DNA of 33,670 nucleotides from a virus (Duplodnaviria; Caudoviricetes), in the IMG/VR virus record IMGVR_UViG_3300044657_000837, positions 1-33,670 of that record. One strand, given 5' to 3'. Position 1 is the first letter of the stretch. Each line of letters starts with the position of its first letter. Shown piece by piece: positions 9,375-18,922 of the stretch. The translations under genes were made by a program, and so were the position numbers. The notes under the pieces were generated by a model. The model was not told the origin of the DNA, ran no database searches, and was given only the letters and a program-made list of their open reading frames with translations.

Positions 9375-9584
9375 ATGGTCGAAGTCGTCACGCTTCGCGA
9401 CACCTGGCAGGACGGCAAACCCGTCCCTGCCGGGACCGTCGTCAGTCTCGGAGAAGCAGACGCACGCTATGCCGAGAGTATCGGTCGCGTGCAGCGCGTC
9501 GAAGAGATGCTGGCGCCGGAAAGCGAAGCTCCGGCCGCGCCTAACAAGCGTGGCCGCGGCCGCCCGCGCAAGGACGCGCAGTGA
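9375..9584 (+). CDS. Small post-capsid protein with C-terminal AT-hook-like motif
   Basis: ATG 9375 just after capsid stop; ends KRGRGRPRK; GTGA overlap with next gene. Confidence 0.75.
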   Translation: MVEVVTLRDTWQDGKPVPAGTVVSLGEADARYAESIGRVQRVEEMLAPESEAPAAPNKRGRGRPRKDAQ

Positions 9585-9847
9585 TCATCGACCTTGCGCC
9601 CTGCTATGCCGATTTCTCCGAGTCCGTCACCTTCGGGCTGACGACATTCCGCGGCATCTTGGACACCGTCGACGCGATGGCCTTTGAATCGCCGACGAAC
9701 ACCACGCACCAGCTGCGCTATCAGACCGGCCCGGCACTCGTGGCCGGAAGCAGCATCAGCATTGCCGGCGTCTCGTACAAAGTGGCAGGCGTCACGCAGC
9801 GGATAAACGCGAGCGAACGCATCGCCGCCCTGGTGCGTCAGCCATGA
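9581..9847 (+). CDS. Head-tail joining protein (gpFII-like)
   Basis: Size, beta-rich sequence and synteny. Confidence 0.6.
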   Translation: MIIDLAPCYADFSESVTFGLTTFRGILDTVDAMAFESPTNTTHQLRYQTGPALVAGSSISIAGVSYKVAGVTQRINASERIAALVRQP

Positions 9848-10254
9848 TTTTAGATCACGAGACAGCCATTCTCGCCCGGCTAGCTGCCAAGTGTGCCGGC
9901 GGCTCGGTGTTCAAGGGCAGTTTCGACGCGGTCGACATGAGCGACGACAGCACCTCGCCTGTGCTCTGCCAGATCGTGCTGGACCAGATCAACGTCACCG
10001 GGCAGACGGGCAAGCACGCCCGCGCACTGCTGACGTATAGCTGCAGCGTCTATACCGACCTCTACCGAGCAACCACCCCGCAGAAAACCGCCGCCGGCCA
10101 GCTTCTTACGGACGCGATACAGGCGCTCGTCGGCTGGGAGTACTCGCCCGGGGTCGAGGTCGAGATCACCGACGGCCAAAGCACCGGCAGCGATGGCCGC
10201 CTGCTTCGCCTTTCATTCGGCTTCACCATTCCGGCCCATTTCGCCGGCACTTAA
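9844..10254 (+). CDS. Tail terminator-like protein
   Basis: Directly before major tail gene; LLTDAIQALVGW and terminal LSFGF strand pattern. Confidence 0.6.
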   Translation: MILDHETAILARLAAKCAGGSVFKGSFDAVDMSDDSTSPVLCQIVLDQINVTGQTGKHARALLTYSCSVYTDLYRATTPQKTAAGQLLTDAIQALVGWEYSPGVEVEITDGQSTGSDGRLLRLSFGFTIPAHFAGT

Positions 10255-10272
10255 CGACAGGAGCATCACATT

Positions 10273-11025
10273 ATGGGATCAGCATTTATCGGCAAGGCAA
10301 AGGTCCGCGTGGCCCTGTACAGCGCCGGCACGACTTTCGAGAATCGCCCATTCCGCTATCTGGAAAACGTCTCCGCGTTTCAATTCTCGTTCGCCGAAGA
10401 GGAAAAGAAGCTGCTTGACTACGCCAGCGCCGCGGGCGGCGTCGACGCATCCATCAAGCGCATCACGGACGTAACCGGCTCCATGGACCTGCGGCACTTC
10501 ACCGCCGACAACCTCGCGCTTGCCTTGTGGGGCACCACCGCTGCGCTGTCCGCCGTCGCGATTGTCGGCGAGGCGGGATACAAGATTGTCCCGCTCGCTT
10601 TCGTGCCCACGAAACGCCTGATCAATACCAGCGTCGCGCCAGTCGTGAAGAAGGGCGCCACGGTAGTCAGCACGAGCGACTACACGGTATCTGCCGGCGG
10701 TATCACCATTGCCTCATCGATCAGCACAGGTGGCGTGGTCAGCGGCGATGCGATCACGATTGACTACACCCCGCAGGCCGGCGCCGATGTGCAGTCGCTG
10801 CTTTCGAGCGCCCCGGATGTCTCGATTCACGTCGAGGGCATCAACGAAGTCGACGGCAAGTACTCGGTCTTCAAGGGATTCAAGTGCAAGCTTGGCGTTG
10901 CGCAAAACGTCGGTTTGATCGGCGAGGACTTCGGCACCCTGACGCTTTCCTTCTCGGTGCAGAAGGACGAGACAATCACCACAGGCGGCAAGTCGCAATA
11001 CTTCGAGCTGCAGCAGGCGACCTAA
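10273..11025 (+). CDS. Major tail tube protein
   Basis: AGGAG RBS; 250 aa; ENVSAFQFS, NLALALWG, LIGEDFGTLTLS; precedes chaperone and tape measure genes. Confidence 0.85.
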   Translation: MGSAFIGKAKVRVALYSAGTTFENRPFRYLENVSAFQFSFAEEEKKLLDYASAAGGVDASIKRITDVTGSMDLRHFTADNLALALWGTTAALSAVAIVGEAGYKIVPLAFVPTKRLINTSVAPVVKKGATVVSTSDYTVSAGGITIASSISTGGVVSGDAITIDYTPQAGADVQSLLSSAPDVSIHVEGINEVDGKYSVFKGFKCKLGVAQNVGLIGEDFGTLTLSFSVQKDETITTGGKSQYFELQQAT

Positions 11026-11031
11026 GCCGCC

Positions 11032-11373
11032 ATGCGAGCCACCACCACCGTCTACCTTGGCGGGCAGGTGATCACCGTCAAGGAACTGACGGTGGCAGAA
11101 GTCCGCCAAGTGCTGATCACCGAACCGCCCGCCGCCGATCCGCTGCACGCGCTCGCGTTTGACGGGTTCGGCCTGAACGACTTGGCCCTGCTCTGCACCG
11201 CAACCGCCGCAGAGCTTGAGGCATTCACTCCGTCCGAACTCAAGCCGCTGGTCGACGCGTGTCGAGAATTGAACCCCCATTTTTTCAGGACGAGGGCGGC
11301 TCTGGCCGGAGTCGCCCGGCTGATGCTGGCCGAAGCCGAGCAGATGGCATCGACCGTACCTGCATCGCCTTGA
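11032..11373 (+). CDS. Tail assembly chaperone (gpG-like)
   Basis: Between tail tube and tape measure; VKELTVAEVR and ELNPHFF motifs. Confidence 0.8.
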   Translation: MRATTTVYLGGQVITVKELTVAEVRQVLITEPPAADPLHALAFDGFGLNDLALLCTATAAELEAFTPSELKPLVDACRELNPHFFRTRAALAGVARLMLAEAEQMASTVPASP

Positions 11374-11465
11374 TAAGCCATGGCCACCGAGATCCGTGGT
11401 CATACGCCTGGCGCACTTTTGAGCTTGCGATTGAGATGAGCAACAGACATGGCAACGGCAAGTAA
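11280..11465 (+). other. Putative -1 ribosomal frameshift site (T TTT TTC, 11280-11286) and gpT-like extension
   Basis: X XXY YYZ heptamer in the chaperone frame; the -1 frame is open to 11465 and overlaps the tape measure start. Confidence 0.65.
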
Positions 11466-13617
11466 CACCAAGGTCGTTATCACAGGGGACACCACCGGGG
11501 CAGTCGCGGCTATCAACCGGCTGAAAGGCGAACTAAACAGCCTGTCCGCGCTGTCGTCCAAGGCGTTCGCCTTTGGTGGAGGCGTTGCCGGCGCCGCTGT
11601 CGTCGCCGGCCTGTCCTCAATCACGAAGCAGGTGATCGACACCGGCGACGCATTGGCGAAGATGTCGGTCAAGACCGGCGTGGCTGTCGAAGACCTATCC
11701 AAGCTCGAATACGCTGCCGGCCTTTCTGGCGTCAGCTTTGAACAGCTCGAGAAGGGCCTGGTCACGCTCGGGCAGCAGATCGGCAGCGCTGGAGCCGGCA
11801 ATGCCGAAGCCGCGAAGAAATTTGAATCGCTTGGCGTCTCGGTGCGGGATTCTGGCGGCAAGCTGCGCCCGACAATCGAAGTCTTTTACGACATCGCCGA
11901 CGCAATCGCCGCGCTTCCCGAAGGCGCCGCGCAGACGAACGCCGCCATCGACATCTTCGGCGCCAAAGTTGGCCGCGATATGGTTGTCGCGCTGGCCGGC
12001 GGCTCGGAAGCCATCAAGGCCATGGGCCAGGAGCTGGCCGACCTTGGCGGGGTGATGAGCACGGAACTGGCGAAGGCCAGCGAGGAATTCAATGACAACC
12101 TCGACCGGCTCGCTAAGCTCTCGTCAACGGCAGGAATCGCGATCGGCAATGCGCTGCTGCCGTCGCTGAACAAGCTACTCGGCTCCTTCCTCGACCTCAA
12201 AACCTCCGGCGTCAATCTCGCCGACCTGCTGTTCGGGCAGAACTTCAACACCATGGCCGCCGATGCCGCCACCCGGCTAAAGGCTGTAGAAACCAAGCTG
12301 GCATCACTTCGCGAACAGCAGAAGACCGCCCGCGATGGCGCCGCCGTCGATCTGCAATACGAGATCGAGCGACAGGAACGGCTCGCCAAGTTTTTCGGCA
12401 AGCAGACTGCGCGCGACCCTGGCGCAGACGGCGCCGCAGACGACGAAGCCACCGCCGCCAAGCGCGAGAAGATCGCCGCCGCTTTGTCGCGCAAGCTGAT
12501 CGAATGGGAAAAGCTCCGCGGCATCGCTTCGGGCAAAGTCTCTGCCGACATCCTGCAAGACGACAAGAAGCGCACAGAAGAACAAATCGCCAACGCCGAA
12601 AAGCTGCGCGATGCACTGCGCAACGCCTGGCAGGCAAGCGTCGACGGCGCCCGCAAAGCCGGCGAAGACGCCAAGGCCTCGCTTGCCAAAGCCGGAGAGA
12701 TCCGGCAATCCGGAGCCGACAAAGCCACGGACATTCGCCGCTCGCAGATGTCCGAGTCCGATCAGCAAGTACTGAATCAGCGCGACTACCAGCAGCTTTC
12801 AGACGCAGCCATTCAAGCCGCCTTGCTAGCGAAGATGGCCGCGCAGCAAGGGCGCCTGGAGTCCGCCGCCAAGCTCGCCGACGAAGCCACAAAGGCAGCC
12901 GAACGCGCCGCCGGTTTCGGCGACAAGCTGACCGACCCGGAAGCCAGGGCCGGCGCCGCCGAACGCACTGCCGAGGCGCAAGCGACTGCCGAAGAAGCGC
13001 GCGCCGCGATCAAGCAGAAGCAGGCCAAAGACCTTGAAGAGACCGCGAAGGCGCAGGCCGCCACAATCGCCGACCTGGACAAGCAAATCACCGAGCTCCA
13101 GACCAAAGCCGCCGCCATCAAGGTGCAAGCAGACGTTACGCAGGCCGCTGGCGAGATCGCCGCTCTACAGGCGCAACTCAACGCCTTGCAGGACAAAACG
13201 ATCACCGTGACCGTCAATCGCACATCGGGCAGTGGCGAGTCCGTCGACACCGGTGCCGCCAGCTTCGCCCGTGGCGGCTACACCGGTCACGGCGGCAAAT
13301 GGGATCCGGCAGGCATCGTGCATCGCGGCGAATGGGTCACTCCGCAGGAAATCGTCAGGCAACCCGGCGCGCTCGCTTTCCTTGAGCGATTCAACCGCCT
13401 CGGAGTACGCGCGCTGCCTGGCTACGCAGACGGCGGGCTGGTCGGTCGTCTCTCGCTTCCGAATCTGCGCCCCGCTTCGTCGCCAGCCGCGGCCGCTTCT
13501 GCGACCTTCAACTTCCCAGGAATGGGCAGCTATCAGGCGACGATGGATAACTACAATTTCTCCAAGCTGCAGCGCGATTTCTCACGCGAGGCGCTGCGGT
13601 CGGGTGGGCGGCGATGA
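11449..13617 (+). CDS. Tail tape measure protein
   Basis: Ala-rich helical 722 aa protein; C-terminal FARGGYTG..GKWDPAGIVHRGEWV..GYADGGLV as in lambdoid tape measures. Confidence 0.93.
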   Translation: MATASNTKVVITGDTTGAVAAINRLKGELNSLSALSSKAFAFGGGVAGAAVVAGLSSITKQVIDTGDALAKMSVKTGVAVEDLSKLEYAAGLSGVSFEQLEKGLVTLGQQIGSAGAGNAEAAKKFESLGVSVRDSGGKLRPTIEVFYDIADAIAALPEGAAQTNAAIDIFGAKVGRDMVVALAGGSEAIKAMGQELADLGGVMSTELAKASEEFNDNLDRLAKLSSTAGIAIGNALLPSLNKLLGSFLDLKTSGVNLADLLFGQNFNTMAADAATRLKAVETKLASLREQQKTARDGAAVDLQYEIERQERLAKFFGKQTARDPGADGAADDEATAAKREKIAAALSRKLIEWEKLRGIASGKVSADILQDDKKRTEEQIANAEKLRDALRNAWQASVDGARKAGEDAKASLAKAGEIRQSGADKATDIRRSQMSESDQQVLNQRDYQQLSDAAIQAALLAKMAAQQGRLESAAKLADEATKAAERAAGFGDKLTDPEARAGAAERTAEAQATAEEARAAIKQKQAKDLEETAKAQAATIADLDKQITELQTKAAAIKVQADVTQAAGEIAALQAQLNALQDKTITVTVNRTSGSGESVDTGAASFARGGYTGHGGKWDPAGIVHRGEWVTPQEIVRQPGALAFLERFNRLGVRALPGYADGGLVGRLSLPNLRPASSPAAAASATFNFPGMGSYQATMDNYNFSKLQRDFSREALRSGGRR

Positions 13618-14138
13618 GCTTCAAAACCCTGAAAATCGGCGCCCTTGAGATCCCGGTACGCTCGGCAATCGATGCAGACCAGAGCTACACCGAGATCGGC
13701 GGAGAGACTGTCCTACGCACCATCAGCGGGGCAGGAATCCGCCAGGAGACATGGAAGCGCATTCGCACCACGATCAACGGCAGCGGATGGCTGCCGGCCG
13801 GGCTCGCCGCGATCGATACGACAGTCTCCGTCGACGTCGCGTGCATCGCCCCACAAGCGCGCGTGGCAGACGTCAATCGGCAGGCCACGCTCCCGGCCGC
13901 TCGCCGCAGTGACGCCGGTCATACGCCGTGGGCTCTCGCGCTGCTGCCTGATGGCGGGCTGGCGAATACCACGCTTGGCATTGCCGGAAATGTCGCCACC
14001 GCTGGCGCAGTGGCAGGCGCGACAGGCTACCTGATCAACTACTTCCCGCTGCTGCACTGTTGGGTAAATCGGCCGACTCAATCGTTTTCTGTCGCGGCCG
14101 GCACGCACACATGGGAAATAATCGCAGAGGAAGTATGA
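13614..14138 (+). CDS. Putative distal tail protein
   Basis: Follows tape measure with ATGA overlap; ends WEIIAEEV. Confidence 0.6.
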   Translation: MSFKTLKIGALEIPVRSAIDADQSYTEIGGETVLRTISGAGIRQETWKRIRTTINGSGWLPAGLAAIDTTVSVDVACIAPQARVADVNRQATLPAARRSDAGHTPWALALLPDGGLANTTLGIAGNVATAGAVAGATGYLINYFPLLHCWVNRPTQSFSVAAGTHTWEIIAEEV

Positions 14139-14141
14139 CAG

Positions 14142-15053
14142 ATGGCCGTTGACGCACAGTGGGCTTACGTCGCCGCAATGCTGCCGCTGTCGGCGGATTT
14201 CTCCGACGCGCGCGGCAATGCGACAGGATTCGGTAGCAACACCGAGATCCTTGATACCGTAGGCGATCCATTCGGCGCCGGCGATGCCGCCTATTTCGCC
14301 GGGTACGCAGCCGGGCCAAATTTCTCTGGCGGCTCCGTCTCGTGCGGCTACGTCGACCTCTCAACCGATTTTACAATCCAGTTCGCCGCCTACCCGGAAG
14401 ACGGCGGTCACGGTAGCGCGGATTCCATCCTGCTGCAGATTGGTGCCGCTGATGCAGCCGACTCGATTCGCATTGTTGCCGACGCGACCGACAACCCGAT
14501 GCGCCTGCGCGTGGATTATCACGACGGTGGCGGCTATCAGACGCTCATCGCCGCGCCCTTCGCGACCATCGCCGACGACGCCTGGCACTGGCTGCAGCTT
14601 GACCGCGTGACCAACACATTCACCTTGCACGTCGACGGCGCGCAGTACTCGCAGGCAACCCTTAATATCTTCCTGGCCGGCGACAACATCCACATCGGCC
14701 AGGACGGCGCCTCGCAGTCGCTGTTCAAGGGCTGGATGTCGCAGGTTCGCGTGACGCAGGCCTTGCGCGCGAGCCATGCCGTGCCGACCGACCCATGGCC
14801 GCGCCCGACGATAACCGGCAGCATCATGGACGTTCTCGGGAATCCAGTCTCGCGCGCTGTCCGCTGCATCCCGCGGGCGCAGGCCGTGCAAGCCATCTCC
14901 GACCCGGTAACGGGCGTCTACACTGCGTACCCGACGAGCTACGCTGAGCACATCGTGATCAGGATCGACACCGCAGACGACCCGCCGATAGACGGCACCG
15001 TGGTCGGCGCCGGCAATGCGATGGTTCTTGACCGCGTTACTCCGGGCGGCTAA
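14142..15053 (+). CDS. LamG/concanavalin A-like domain tail protein
   Basis: DFTIQ, WHWLQLDR..TFTLHVDG, IHIG, FKGWMSQVRVT: LamG-like jelly-roll signature. Confidence 0.75.
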   Translation: MAVDAQWAYVAAMLPLSADFSDARGNATGFGSNTEILDTVGDPFGAGDAAYFAGYAAGPNFSGGSVSCGYVDLSTDFTIQFAAYPEDGGHGSADSILLQIGAADAADSIRIVADATDNPMRLRVDYHDGGGYQTLIAAPFATIADDAWHWLQLDRVTNTFTLHVDGAQYSQATLNIFLAGDNIHIGQDGASQSLFKGWMSQVRVTQALRASHAVPTDPWPRPTITGSIMDVLGNPVSRAVRCIPRAQAVQAISDPVTGVYTAYPTSYAEHIVIRIDTADDPPIDGTVVGAGNAMVLDRVTPGG

Positions 15054-15056
15054 CCA

Positions 15057-16802
15057 GTGGCCTACGCGCCGCCGCTTTGGAATCTGGCAGACTTCCAGTC
15101 CGATGGCGTCGTCTACGCGCCGCCAGGCTGGTTCAATGCCAATTTCTGGCCCGGCCTTCCGCCAATCATCACCTATCCGCCGACCTATGGCGGGACCACT
15201 GGCGCAGGCAATGCCGCCGCTGTCTGGTCCGCCGTCGTCACGATTGCAGGCGTCGACGTCTCCGCGCGCATCGTCGGAGACATCCGCGTGGAAGCCAGCG
15301 AAGGCGCCGCCAGAATTGCCGAGCTGACTATACGCCCGGCCAACGGAACCGGGTTTGCAATCTCCGACTGGTCCGGGAAGGCAATCACGATTGACGTTGT
15401 CGACATGGCTACCGGCGTCGCGACGGATTCCCGCCGGCTGTTCACTGGCATCATCGATACGCCAACGCTAGACCTCAATCTGCGCACAATCGGCCTGCTG
15501 GCAACCGACAACCTGCAAAACCAGATAGAGGCATTGTCTGCGCAGTCAATCGATACCCTGGTCCCCGGCGGCTATCACTCGCCAGTGATTTTCGACCCGG
15601 CAGCCCGCGGGTGGTCGCGCGCTCAAGACCGGCTCGCCACCGTTCCGGCATCGCTCGACCTCTCGCCGCAGAACGCTTTCCGCCTGTCCGATTGGGCGCC
15701 GCGGGCATCGCCGAACATCAGCTTTACGGCAGACCACATTCTGGACGGATCGCTGCAGGCCTCGCAATCCAGCAGGCATCAGCTCATCAACCGCGTTGAC
15801 ATCGACTTCGCCTATCGCTTCCCGCGCGTCAAGGCAGAGGGGTACGCATTTGGCGAAACGTATGTGACGCTCGGGACGATCGAGGCGCACGCGCAGGCCG
15901 GCAACTGGTGGTTGACGCGCGCGGCCGTTGAAGCTGCCATTGGCGCCGCCGGCGGCGCCATTGTCTCGATCACCTATACCGATTTGCCGGCTTTCCCAGT
16001 TGGCAGCTGGCAGCCAGGGCCGTCAGACTACCTGCTGTGCATGGGCTATACCGCTCTCGTGAGCTTTGAATACACCCAGACAATCCAGGAAAATCACGCA
16101 ATCACCGTCACTGCGCCTAATAGCATCGCAGCAGTTGGAACGCTGCGCGACAGGATGACCGGAGGGCTTGAGGGCGAGTATCCGCCCGTCGAGGCGGTCG
16201 AGCACTCCATGCTGCTCTATGCCAAGTCGGTATCTTCAATCCCGCCGAAGGACCGCGCGATTGTCGCCGCCGGATTTACAACGAGTGCCGAAGTAAGCCT
16301 GACGCCAGACACCGACCGCGCATCAGCAGACGCGGCGATGGAGACATTGATTGCCGTCGCGAAGACTCGAATATGGGCCAGCCATCGGCGGAATACGGTA
16401 TCGGCAGCCGTCGCGCTCAATCCTGACGTCGACCTGCCGCAAACAATCGAAATCGATACCGGACAGCTGCGCGCCCGCGGCAAATGCAAAAGCGTGACGC
16501 ATACCCTGTCGCCAGAGTCCGGGGAAGCCATCACGAGCTTCTCGCTTGCGATTTGCTCTGTAGCCGGAACTGGAATTGCTCACCCTGAAACGCCGACCGC
16601 CGCCCCTGCTGGATCAGCGCCGGCAACCACCGCGCTTTCTGAGGTGCCGACGTCCGATTTCAACTATGGCCCGGCAGAAGACCACATTCTGACCGTGACC
16701 TTCCCCGAGGTGGCAGCGATCGAGCGCGACAAGCTCGACATCCCGCTGAACAGCAGCTACTCCGCGCCGATCACGGAAGACATTCTGGAGATTACGCTAT
16801 GA
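15057..16802 (+). CDS. Tail tip/hub structural protein
   Basis: 581 aa in tail module; RRLFTGIIDTP hub-like motif. Confidence 0.65.
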   Translation: MAYAPPLWNLADFQSDGVVYAPPGWFNANFWPGLPPIITYPPTYGGTTGAGNAAAVWSAVVTIAGVDVSARIVGDIRVEASEGAARIAELTIRPANGTGFAISDWSGKAITIDVVDMATGVATDSRRLFTGIIDTPTLDLNLRTIGLLATDNLQNQIEALSAQSIDTLVPGGYHSPVIFDPAARGWSRAQDRLATVPASLDLSPQNAFRLSDWAPRASPNISFTADHILDGSLQASQSSRHQLINRVDIDFAYRFPRVKAEGYAFGETYVTLGTIEAHAQAGNWWLTRAAVEAAIGAAGGAIVSITYTDLPAFPVGSWQPGPSDYLLCMGYTALVSFEYTQTIQENHAITVTAPNSIAAVGTLRDRMTGGLEGEYPPVEAVEHSMLLYAKSVSSIPPKDRAIVAAGFTTSAEVSLTPDTDRASADAAMETLIAVAKTRIWASHRRNTVSAAVALNPDVDLPQTIEIDTGQLRARGKCKSVTHTLSPESGEAITSFSLAICSVAGTGIAHPETPTAAPAGSAPATTALSEVPTSDFNYGPAEDHILTVTFPEVAAIERDKLDIPLNSSYSAPITEDILEITL

Positions 16803-16981
16803 GCCAGCCACAGAACACGCCGCAGCCGGCAGGTGCCGACATCGTGCAGTCACTCGACGACCTAGGCACGGCGGCCGGGCTCAGCACGCTGCGAAACAGG
16901 ATTCTTAAAGACCCCCCTGGCGTGCCGCCGATCCCCGCCCGGGTTGGGAAATCGCTTTCGACAGGCCAGCCGCCGCCGTGA
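16799..16981 (+). CDS. Small tail-associated protein, paralogous to N-terminus of next gene
   Basis: 4-nt overlaps on both sides; RNRIL..PPIPARVGK motif. Confidence 0.65.
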   Translation: MSQPQNTPQPAGADIVQSLDDLGTAAGLSTLRNRILKDPPGVPPIPARVGKSLSTGQPPP

Positions 16982-18918
16982 GCGAAGCCGAAGACGTCGC
17001 CAGGTCGCGCGAGTTCTTGCGCCAAGGAGTCGGCACCACCACGCGCAGGAACCGTGTTTTGCCGGCCGCACGCCTGCCGTCGCCGATACCTGCCAGAGTT
17101 GGGAAAGCCGGCCCGCGCGAAGAGCCTGGCACCTATGTCGAGGTCGATTACGCGCTGCGCGTGCTCGAAACCGACAACAGCATGACGTACCACTACGACA
17201 TGCTCAATACGCCGCTCGACGGCAATATGCGGCTTTATCTGCAGCCGCGGCCGCGAGACACGACGGCCGGAGATGCCAACTATTACGCCTCGGCAGTCAA
17301 ACTGACGACCACCGACGGCCTGCTGAAGACGGACTACCAACTGACGCTGCAGGAGGCGATGATTCGCCCCGCTTCCGGAGCCGACCGTGTTGCAGGATTC
17401 GGCGCCGCGCCGGTCACAGACTGGTTCGCCGACTTCGATCTGATCAGGGGACCGACAGGTGTCCACGCGCTGGTCAAAAAGGCTCGCAAGATAGACATGC
17501 TGGTGGACGGAACGCCGGAAACGCTCACGCTCAAGCCGCCGCCATACACTGCTCCGGCCGGAAATGGATTGTGTGTGCTCGACGAGATCCTGAAACTTGG
17601 CGACCCATGGCATGGGCTGATTCAAGGCGGGACGGTGCGATTGCCGGGCGGCAAGACTCGCCCCGTAGCGCGCCCTGGTATCGGCGTCGGCGTCGTCTAT
17701 CCTCTGATCCCCTATGGTGTCACGCCGGCCGCTACTGCCGACGCTGCAGACGTCGCGGCCGGTCGAACGTGGCTCAATTACGGGCTGCTGGCCGGCGCTT
17801 GCTTGTATGAGCAATCGCTGGGTGCCTCGTCATGGGTCTACATCGCTCCGGACAATTCGACTTGGCGAGTCGCATACGCTCACGTGCTACTCGCAGGCGT
17901 CTGGAAATTGCAGCTGCAGTTCTACCCATTGCGGCGCGTTTTTCTGACGGCAGACAAATGGGGAGGGCTCGCGCAGACGATTCAGGTGGAAGTCAATCCG
18001 GCGCCGTGGTCATACACCCAGGGCCTACTGTACGACCTCGACAGCAAGGGAGCTCAAGCCATTTTTGTCAACAACCCGTACCCGCATCAGCGCGTAACCG
18101 GCGCCGCGTACCTGAACATCCAAGGCATCCCTCCTGCTGCCACTGCAACATATACCCTGGTGATCGACGCAGCCTCGCCAGGCTCGCTGTACTCGCCTGA
18201 CGTTGCGCGGGACTATTCGGAAATGGTTGTATGGAATTCTGTTTATGAGACTTTCCGCGTCGAGCAGGATCAAAACGGCAATGATGTAAAGGTCGACCAA
18301 AATTTCGTTGTTGCCGACCACACTGCCGGAGATTTCACCATCCCGGCATGGCCAGGACCGCCCGCCCCGTTCTTCTATGTCTATTCATTCTCCGACACTG
18401 CAGAAGGCATCATCAAAGATACTGTCGTCGTCGGATATGCTTTCGACGCCAATGACGCATTGCAGCCAGTTCTGCTGTGCATTGATACCCGGTCAAACTT
18501 CTCAAAGATTCGCGACGGCGACCCTTGGGATTATTTCTTGCAGCCATTTTTGACCATCCCTGCAGGCGGTGGATACGTTGAATTCCTGCTGCGCATCGGG
18601 ACGCTAAAAGGGCCAGGGGCAAAATGGGATTTTGACGGGGCAGACCTTGGGACAATCCAGCCGAATGCATACGGGGATTATTCGGAATTCGGGATTGGAT
18701 CAGGAGATAGACAAATCACCGCAGTGCGGTACTCAAACCGCGTCTACGGCCTGTCGCTTGAAGACGGCGCCAACTCTGCAGATTGGAGGCCGCCGCTATC
18801 ACCTGACGTCGTGTCAGCCTACCCGGCAGACATACACGCGCAAGCCAAGCCATTCGGGACCTATCAACCGATCACCCAGCAGCTTGTGTGGGAAACCGGC
18901 TTTGTGAACTTTGTCTGA
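16978..18918 (+). CDS. Putative tail tip/receptor-binding protein
   Basis: Last large tail gene, 646 aa; LGDPWHGL and WLNYGLLAG motifs; lower-GC 3' part. Confidence 0.6.
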   Translation: MSEAEDVARSREFLRQGVGTTTRRNRVLPAARLPSPIPARVGKAGPREEPGTYVEVDYALRVLETDNSMTYHYDMLNTPLDGNMRLYLQPRPRDTTAGDANYYASAVKLTTTDGLLKTDYQLTLQEAMIRPASGADRVAGFGAAPVTDWFADFDLIRGPTGVHALVKKARKIDMLVDGTPETLTLKPPPYTAPAGNGLCVLDEILKLGDPWHGLIQGGTVRLPGGKTRPVARPGIGVGVVYPLIPYGVTPAATADAADVAAGRTWLNYGLLAGACLYEQSLGASSWVYIAPDNSTWRVAYAHVLLAGVWKLQLQFYPLRRVFLTADKWGGLAQTIQVEVNPAPWSYTQGLLYDLDSKGAQAIFVNNPYPHQRVTGAAYLNIQGIPPAATATYTLVIDAASPGSLYSPDVARDYSEMVVWNSVYETFRVEQDQNGNDVKVDQNFVVADHTAGDFTIPAWPGPPAPFFYVYSFSDTAEGIIKDTVVVGYAFDANDALQPVLLCIDTRSNFSKIRDGDPWDYFLQPFLTIPAGGGYVEFLLRIGTLKGPGAKWDFDGADLGTIQPNAYGDYSEFGIGSGDRQITAVRYSNRVYGLSLEDGANSADWRPPLSPDVVSAYPADIHAQAKPFGTYQPITQQLVWETGFVNFV

Positions 18919-18922
18919 GCCA

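Noticed and set aside
7820-9418. 532-aa minus-strand ORF and similar long antisense ORFs (4374-5186, 11886-12734, 16792-17814, 28810-29685)
   Set aside because: Shadows of GC-rich real genes; no motifs or RBS.
16978-18918. Diversity-generating retroelement target
   Set aside because: No reverse transcriptase and no template/variable repeat pair seen in the window.
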